Source: the human T2T-CHM13v2.0 reference genome, Homo sapiens
Reading direction: 5' to 3' (one strand)
NCBI RefSeq assembly: GCF_009914755.1
Contig: NC_060930.1
Length of the DNA stretch: 64,000 nucleotides
Shown here: positions 56,786 through 64,000 of the stretch, piece by piece
Numbering within the stretch: the stretch's first letter is position 1
Layout of the letters: every line of letters starts with the position of its first letter
The notes under the pieces: generated by a model
What the model saw: the letters and a program-made list of their open reading frames with translations, nothing else
What the model was told of the DNA's origin: nothing
Databases searched by the model: none
Position numbers and translations under genes: made by a program

Positions 56786-57069
56786 TTCTTTTGAGATGCA
56801 GTCTTTGTCGCCTAGGCTGGAGTGCGGTGGCGCGATGTAGGCTCACTACAACCTCCACCTCCCAGGTTCAAGCAATTCTCTGCCTCAGCCTCCTGAGTAG
56901 CTGGGATTACAGGCACCCGCCACCACGCCCAGCTAATTTTTGTTGTATTTTTAGTACAGACAGGGTTTCAACATCTTGGCCAAGCTTGTCTTGAACTCCT
57001 GACCTTGTGATCTGCCAGCCTTGTACTTCCAAAGTGCTGGGATTACAGGCGTGAGCCACCGCGCCCGGC
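56786..57069 (-). mobile_element. AluS SINE with a vestigial tail
   Basis: TSD AACAAAAAGAT at 56774-56784 and 57070-57080. Confidence 0.9.
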
Positions 57070-57964
57070 AACAAAAAGATTTAACATAGACGTAATTACG
57101 TGAAATAAAAAACACTGAAGATATCTTACATTCGGAATCAGAAGTATTTAAAATTATTGGCATATTCATGTTGAATTCAAATTATATTTTACTTGTAAAT
57201 ATTTTCAAGAGATTTTTCAGAAAGGATACCTGAAACATAGTAATATTTCAGAGCATTTTCTAATATTTAGAAATAACAAAAAATGCTGTTATTATTTGCC
57301 ATGGTTTTTAGAAATCCAATGAACATACTAGTTATTGATATTAATCTGTGCTATACAATTTTCTACTGTTGTTAGTAAATAGCAATCCAAGGACCAGACA
57401 CTGTTTTACTTTCAGAAGTTACACAATGCAGAAAATCAAATAACTGAAAGAGATCATTATCTTAGAGGTTTTCCTTGAGATGTTTTTCTTAAAGGAAGGT
57501 ACTAGACATTATGAACTATGGTTTCTGGTATATTAAGGATAACAAAAGACATGCAAGATTCTGGATATGGTGATAATTGCTAAGCTTCTTACAACAACTT
57601 TTTAGATAAGCTAGAACCAAACAAAATATTCTTATCGTTTGTGGTAAAATGATGCCTGGCACCACCATCTGTTAATAGTACTACAGTAAACAAAGATGTT
57701 TGCCTGAGTACAAAAAAGAGGAGCCATGATTTAGTTAGAAAGATAGCACCACCACTCATGGAAAGCATATGGTAACTGTGGAGAAATATTTATCTCCAAA
57801 ATAAACAGATTGGAGCAAGAGAACAAAAGAATGCTTTTAGAAAAAGGCCAGTAACCTGGTAGCAAGGAGGATAATGCTTTATTAAGCACAAGAAGATTGA
57901 AGTGTTTGTTAATCTAAAACAAACATTAATTAATGTTGTATGGACAGAAATGAACTCTGTGAAA

Positions 57965-58400
57965 AAGTTAACTACCACTTACATATATATTTACTCTGTT
58001 CCAAATACTGTTTTAAATGTTTTACATTTAAGCCTTACCCTAGTTCTATGATACCTCCCCCATGCGTCTTTGCCTGCACGAAGTTAGTTGCCCACGACCA
58101 CAACCCACATCTCTTTGCTGGCACATGTGTGCAGAGGCTGACCTTGCCTTCCCTTCCCCGCCAATATGCATGTGCACCTGCACCACCATTGTGTCAGAGC
58201 CTTGGCAGGCATGAGCCCACTGACCCCCATCCCCACGAACCTCGTCCCCATCCTATAATTATCCCCACTTTATAGGGGAGGAAATTGAGGTACAAACAAG
58301 ATTAGTATCTTGCTCAGCGTTCCATAGCTAACAAATGATAGAGCTGGGAGCTGAATGCCTGCAGACTGATTCTGGAATTCATACATGTAAACACTGTGAG
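57965..58400 (-). mobile_element. MIR interrupted by a GC-rich insert (about 58051-58250)
   Basis: 'attatccccactttataggggaggaaattgagg' core. Confidence 0.7.
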
Positions 58401-58950
58401 ATACTGAGGTTCGAAAGGAATCGAAGCAAGGTTAAGGTCCAAAGAGAGCGTGCAATCTCAGTGATATTTGGCATGCTAAATTGTTTGGACTTGAGACATT
58501 TTACATTTGCTGGTCAAGCCAGGCCCCATTTGAATTTCCTTACTGCGTAGGACCACTGACACTGTAAAATTAATACTAGTTACCTTATTATTAAAAAACT
58601 TGGAATTCTACATTGAAAAATGTTTAGACTCCATGTCTTCAATATTTAAAAAAAAGACTCGAATAAATTCCAGTCATACTTCTTACCCAGAAAGACTGAC
58701 AACCTTTAGCAACCAAAACTGGAGTCCACCCAGAATTCATAAGATTATCATTTTGGAGAAAATGCAAATTTTCTACTATTTCATCCCACTCCTTTTGACA
58801 AAACGCAGTTTCCATTCTTTAAAGTAATTATCTTTGTCAATATTGCTTACAAAAGGAATGTGGAAATTAATAGAAATGACAGACCACATTGTTCACATAA
58901 GTGAAGTGACTGTGGTGTCACAGAAAATGGCTATTTTTTTCCAGCCTATA

Positions 58951-59883
58951 TTTACATTTATTATATTTTAAGTTCTGGGATACATGTGCAGAACGTGTAG
59001 GATTGTTACATAGTTATACATGTGCCATGGTGGTTTGCTGCACCCATCAACCCGTCATTTACATTAGGTATTTCTCCTAATGCTATCCCTTCCCTAACTC
59101 CCCAACCCCCGACAGACCTCAGTGTGTGATGTTCCCCTCCCTGTGTCCATGTGTTCTCATTGTTCAACTCTCACTTATGAGTGAGAACATGAGGTGTTTG
59201 GTTTTCTGTTCCTGTGTTAGTTTGCTGAGAATGATGGTTTCCAGCTTCATCCATGTACCTGAAAAGGATATGAACTTATCTTTTTTATGGCTGTATAGTA
59301 TTCCATGGTGTATATGTGCCACATTTTCTTAATCCAGTCTATCATTGATGGACATTTGGGTTATTCCAAGTCTTTGTTCTTGAGAATAGTGCTGCAATAA
59401 ACATAAGTGTGCATGTGTCTTTAAAGTAGAATGATTTATAATGGGAAAAATTTTTGCAATTTATCCATCTGACAAAGGGCTAATATCCAGAATCTACAAG
59501 GAACTTAAACAAATTTATAAGAAAATAACAACCCCATCAAAAAGTGGGTGAAGGATATGAACAGACACTTCTCAAAAGAAGACATTTATGCAGCCAACAA
59601 ACATATGAAGAAAAGCTCATCACCGCTGGTCACTAGAGAAATGCAAATCAAAACCACAATGAGATACCATCTCATGCCAGTTAGAATGGCAATCCTTAAA
59701 AAGTCAGGAAACAACTGATGCTGGAGAGGAGAGGATGTGGAGAAATAGGAACACTTTTACATTGTTGGTGGGAGTGTAAATTAGTTCAACCATTGTGGAA
59801 GACAGTGTGGCGATTCCTTAAGGATCTAGAACCAGAAATACCATTTGACCCAGCAATCCCATTACTGGGTATATACCCAAAGG
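58951..59883 (-). mobile_element. L1PA7-like with 5' inversion (58951-59442 minus, 59440-59883 plus)
   Basis: 3'UTR 'agttctgggatacatgtgcagaacgtg'. Orientation flips at about 59441. Confidence 0.93.
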
Positions 59884-60243
59884 GTTCTGCATCTTTATCC
59901 AACTTGCCACTCTGTGCCTTTTAGGTGGGGCATTTAACATATTTATGTTCAAGGTTAATATTAATGTTTGTGGAATTGATTCTGTCATGTTTTTAGCTTG
60001 TTAAGCAGACTTGACTGTAGTTGCTTCATGGTGTCAATGGTCTATGTACATAGTATGTTATTGTGGTGGCTTATAATGCTCTTTTCTTTCCATATGTAGA
60101 ACTCCTTTAAGGACCTCTTATAAGGCAGGTCTGCTGAATTTCTGTAGCATTTGCTTATCTGAAAAGAATCTTATTTTTTCTTTGCTTATGGAGCTTAGTT
60201 TGGCTGGATATGAAATTCCTGGTTGAAATTTCTTTTCTTAAGT
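59884..60243 (-). mobile_element. Older L1 (L1PB/L1MA) inter-ORF and ORF1-end fragment
   Basis: 'tttatccaacttgccactctgtgccttt', 'agcttagtttggctggatatgaaatt'. Confidence 0.75.
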
Positions 60244-60245
60244 TT

Positions 60246-63200
60246 TTAAAGAAATTTTTGTGGGGACACAGTAGGTGTATATATTTTTGGGGTACATGAG
60301 ATACTGTCACACAAGCATTCAATAAGTAACAATCACATCATGCCAAAGTGGGTATGCATCCCCTGAAGTATTTATCTCTGTGTCACAAACAATCCAATTA
60401 TAGCCTTAGAATAAATGAACAGGGGCTCATATTTGATAGCACAACAGGGTGACTATAGTCAATAATAATTTAATTGTACACTTAAAGATAACTATGAGTA
60501 TAATTAACATTTTTTGTACCCTATTAAGCATTCCTACCTCCCTCCCACCACCTACAAGAAGCTGCTCAGCTTCTTGTAATTATCTTTCTACTCTCTATCT
60601 CTATGAGTTCAATTGTTTTGATTTTTAGATCCCACAAATAAGTGAAAACATGTGATATTTGTTTTTCTCTGCCTGGCTTATTTCACTTAACATAATGGCC
60701 TCTAGTTTTATTTCATATTATTGTGAATAACAGGATCTCATTCTTTTTTTATGGCTGAATAGTACTTGATTGTGTAGAAGTACTACATTTTATCCATTCA
60801 TCTGCTGATGGACACCTAGGTTGCTTTCAAATATCAGCCATTGTGAACAGTGCTGCAAAAAACATGCAAATGCATACATCTTTTCCATATACTCATTTCC
60901 TTTCCTTTGGGTAGATATCCAACAGTGGGATTGCTGGATCACAAGGTATGTCTATTCATTAGTTTTCCAAGGAACCTCCAAACTTTTCTTCACAGTGGTT
61001 GTGATGGTTCTATTTTTCTTTACCTTTTCATCAGCATTTGTTATTGCCTGTCTTTTGGATAAAAGCCATTGTAACTTGGGTACAATGATATCTCATGGTA
61101 GTTTTGACTTGCATTTCTCTGACAATCAATGGGATGTTGAGCACCTTCTCATTTTCCATGTTTATGTTTTCTTTTGAGGAATGTCTATTCAAATATTTTG
61201 CCCATTTTAAAAAACAGGAATTATAAGATTTTTCCCTATAGAGTTGTTTGAGCTCCTTACATACTCTGATTATTAATCCCTTGTCAGATAGGCAGTTTGC
61301 AAATATTTTCTCCCATTCTGTGCGTTGTCTCTTCATTTTGTTGATTGTATCCTTTCCTGTGCAGAAGCTTTTTAACTTAATGTGATCCCATTTGTGTATA
61401 TCTACTCAAGAAGTTTTTGCCCACACCAATGTCCTGAAGATGTTCCCCAAAGTTTTCTTGTAGTAGTGTCATAGTTTGAAGTCTTAGATTTAAGTCTTTA
61501 ATTCATTTTGATTTGATTTTTCTATATGGTGAGAGATAAGGGTCTAGTTTCATTCCTCTCCATATAGATATTCAGTTTTCCCAGCACCATTTATTGAAGA
61601 CATTGTCTTCCCCAGGGATGTTATAGGCAGCTTTTTTGAAAATCAGTTCACTGCCAGTGTGTGGATTTATTTCTGGGTTCACTATTCTCTTCCACTGGTT
61701 TTGTGTCTGTTTGTTTGTTTCCAATACCATGCCATTTTGGTTACTACAGCTCTGTAGTATAATTTGAAGTCATGTAATGTGATTCCTCCAGGTTTGTTCT
61801 TTTTGTTCAAGATAACATTGGCTATTCTGGGTTTTTTGTGGTTCCGTATAAGTTTTAAGATAGTATTTTTTTAATTTCTGTGAAGAATGTCATTAGTATT
61901 TTGATGGGGATTGCATTGAATCTGTAGATTGCTTCAAGTAGTATGGACAGTTTAATAATATTGATTCTTCCAATATATGAACATGAAATATCTTTCCATT
62001 TTTTTTGGTGTCCTCTTCAATTTCTTGCATCAGTGTTTTATAGTTTTCATTAGCAAGATCTTTTACTTCTTTGGTTAATTCCTAGGTATTTATTTGTAGT
62101 TATCATAAATGGCATTAATTTTTAATTTCTTTTTTAGATTATTTAGTATTGGCGTTGTAAACCAAAAAGTATCTGAGAAAAGTCTCAATGAATTTAGAAA
62201 GTTTATTTTGCCAAGGTTAAGGATGCACCTATGACACAACATCAGGAAGTCCTGAAGACATGTACCCAAGGTGATCAGGGTACAACTTGCTTTTACACAT
62301 TTTAGGGAGACATGAGACATCAATCAATATGTGCAATGGTTTCGTTCAGTAAGGTGGGAAAGTTCAAAGCAAGGGGGTGGGGGGGCTTCCAGGTTAGAAG
62401 TAGATAAGAGACAAAAGTTTGCATTCTTTTGAGTCTTTGATCAGCCTTCCAATGAATATGAAATTTAACCTGGCTCAGTTAATCTACATTTTTACATAAA
62501 CAATGGGCAGAAGAAGCAGTCAGATATGTGTTTATCTCAGGTGAGCCTCAGAGGGATGACTTTGAGTTCTGTCTATCCTTTGTCCACAAAGAATTTCCTT
62601 GTGGGCAACTTGTGAGGGAGGGATGCAGCTTTTTATCTTTGTAGCTATCTTATTTAGGAACAAATGGGAGGCAGGTTTGCCTGATATAGTTCTCAGCCTA
62701 ACTCTTTCCTTGGCTTAGTAATTTCGGGGTCCTGAGATTTATTTTCCTTTCACAGCATATAGAAATGCTACCGAATTCATATGTTGATTTTATATCTTGC
62801 AACTTAACTGAATTTGTTTATCAGTTCTAATGGTTTTTTGGCAGGCTTTTTAGGTTTTTCCAAATATAATATTATATTATCTGCAAACAAGGATAATTTG
62901 ATTTTTTTCTGTTCCAAATTGGATGCGCTTATATTTTTCCTCTTGTCTGATTGCTCTGGCTAAGACTTTGAGTACCACGTTGAATAACAGTGGTGTAAGT
63001 GTGCATTCTTGCCATGTTTCAGATCTTAAAGGTTGGTATAAATGCTCCCACTATGGGCAGGCATCAAATTATTTTTGTCTGGTTTTGCTTTCTGATGTAA
63101 CAGGACAGCATTGAGTTTAATGCCTCACAATTGCTGAGTTCCTTCTCTGCCCAGTGCACAGAAATCCTCTCTGCATCATGCCACCACTGCAGGAGGATGA

Positions 63201-63406
63201 GGGAGGGTGGTTTCAGAAATTTCAGATTTTTTTTCCTATCTCTTCAGTGCCCTTTTCAGTGACATGAAGTTAAAACAAGTTACTGTTTTTGCTCACCTGA
63301 GTGTTGGTCCTTATGAAGGTAATTTGGTATAGCTATTTGTTAAATTGGTGCTCTTTCTTGGGAGATGATTCATGGAAACTTCTATTCCATCATCTCGCTC
63401 TACCTC
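60246..63406 (-). mobile_element. L1MA1-3-type element with a large internal deletion (ORF2 joined to the proximal 5'UTR at about 63032), a micro-inversion and an LTR insertion
   Basis: 3' end 'tttttgtggggacacagtaggtgtatatat'. 5' terminus 'ttctattccatcatctcgctctacctc'. Confidence 0.85.
62156..62754 (-). mobile_element. ERV1 solo LTR (MER4A-like), 599 bp
   Basis: TG...CA ends ('tgtaaaccaaaaagtatctgag' and 'atttattttcctttcaca'). 4-bp TSD GCGT/GCAT. Confidence 0.9.
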
Positions 63407-63424
63407 ACAGGTTTCTTTCATTAC

Positions 63425-63995
63425 TTAATTATTTATTTATTTTTAATTATACTTTAAGTTCTGGGATACATGTGCAGAATGTGCAGGTTTGTTACATAGG
63501 TATACATGTGCCATAGTGGTTTGCTACACCCATCAACCCCTTCATCTACATCTTAATGCTATTCCTCCCCTAGCCCCTCACCCCTCAACAGGCCCCAGTG
63601 TGTCATGTTTCCCTGCCTGTGTCCATGTGTTCTCATTGTTCAACTCCCACTTATGAGTAAGAACATGCGGTGTTTGGTTTTCTGTTCCTGTATCGGTTTG
63701 CTGAGAATGATGGTTTCCAACTTCATCCATGTCCCTGAAAAGGACATGAACTCATCCTTTTTATGGCTGCATAGTATTCCATGGTGTATATGGGCCACAT
63801 TTTCTTTAACCAATCTATCATTGATGGGCATTTGGGTTGGTTCCAAGTCTTTGCTATTGTGAACAGTGCTGCAATAAACATACATGTGCATGTGTCTTTA
63901 TAGTAGAATTATTTATAATCCTTTGGGTATACAACCAGTAATGGGATTGCTGGGTCAAATGGTATTTCTGGTTCTAGATCCCTGAGGAATCGCCA
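63425..63995 (-). mobile_element. L1PA7-like 3' end
   Basis: L1PA 3'UTR and ORF2 terminus in reverse. Homology stops about 5 nt before the window edge. Confidence 0.92.
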
Positions 63996-64000
63996 AGTTT

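Noticed and set aside
59255-63750. Shared 'cctgaaaagg' variant in two L1PA7 copies as gene conversion
   Set aside because: A single site, also present in the L1PA8 near 40931; insufficient evidence.

Overview
Primate (probably human or ape) genomic DNA. It is AT-rich and CpG-depleted, has no CpG island, and is dominated by interspersed repeats: young L1PA3-8 fragments, older L1PB/L1MA/L1ME elements, AluJ/AluS, L2/MIR, solo LTRs and DNA-transposon relics. I find no intact protein-coding gene, tRNA, rRNA or CRISPR array. The recognisable protein-like ORFs in the track are decayed L1 ORF2 pieces or Alu/L1 antisense read-throughs. I cannot support a new biological system here. The notable signal is structural: two neighbouring L1PA copies sharing private mutations including a stop codon (probable gene conversion); a 1.48-kb composite insert splitting an L1MA; a probable L1 3' transduction; two micro-inversions at the same L1MA 3'UTR site; a 58-bp-arm hairpin; a 16-bp inverted repeat bracketing an 8-kb L1; and a few unverified exon-like segments. 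Repeat subfamily names come from recalled consensus motifs, not a RepeatMasker run. Boundaries of old repeats are approximate.
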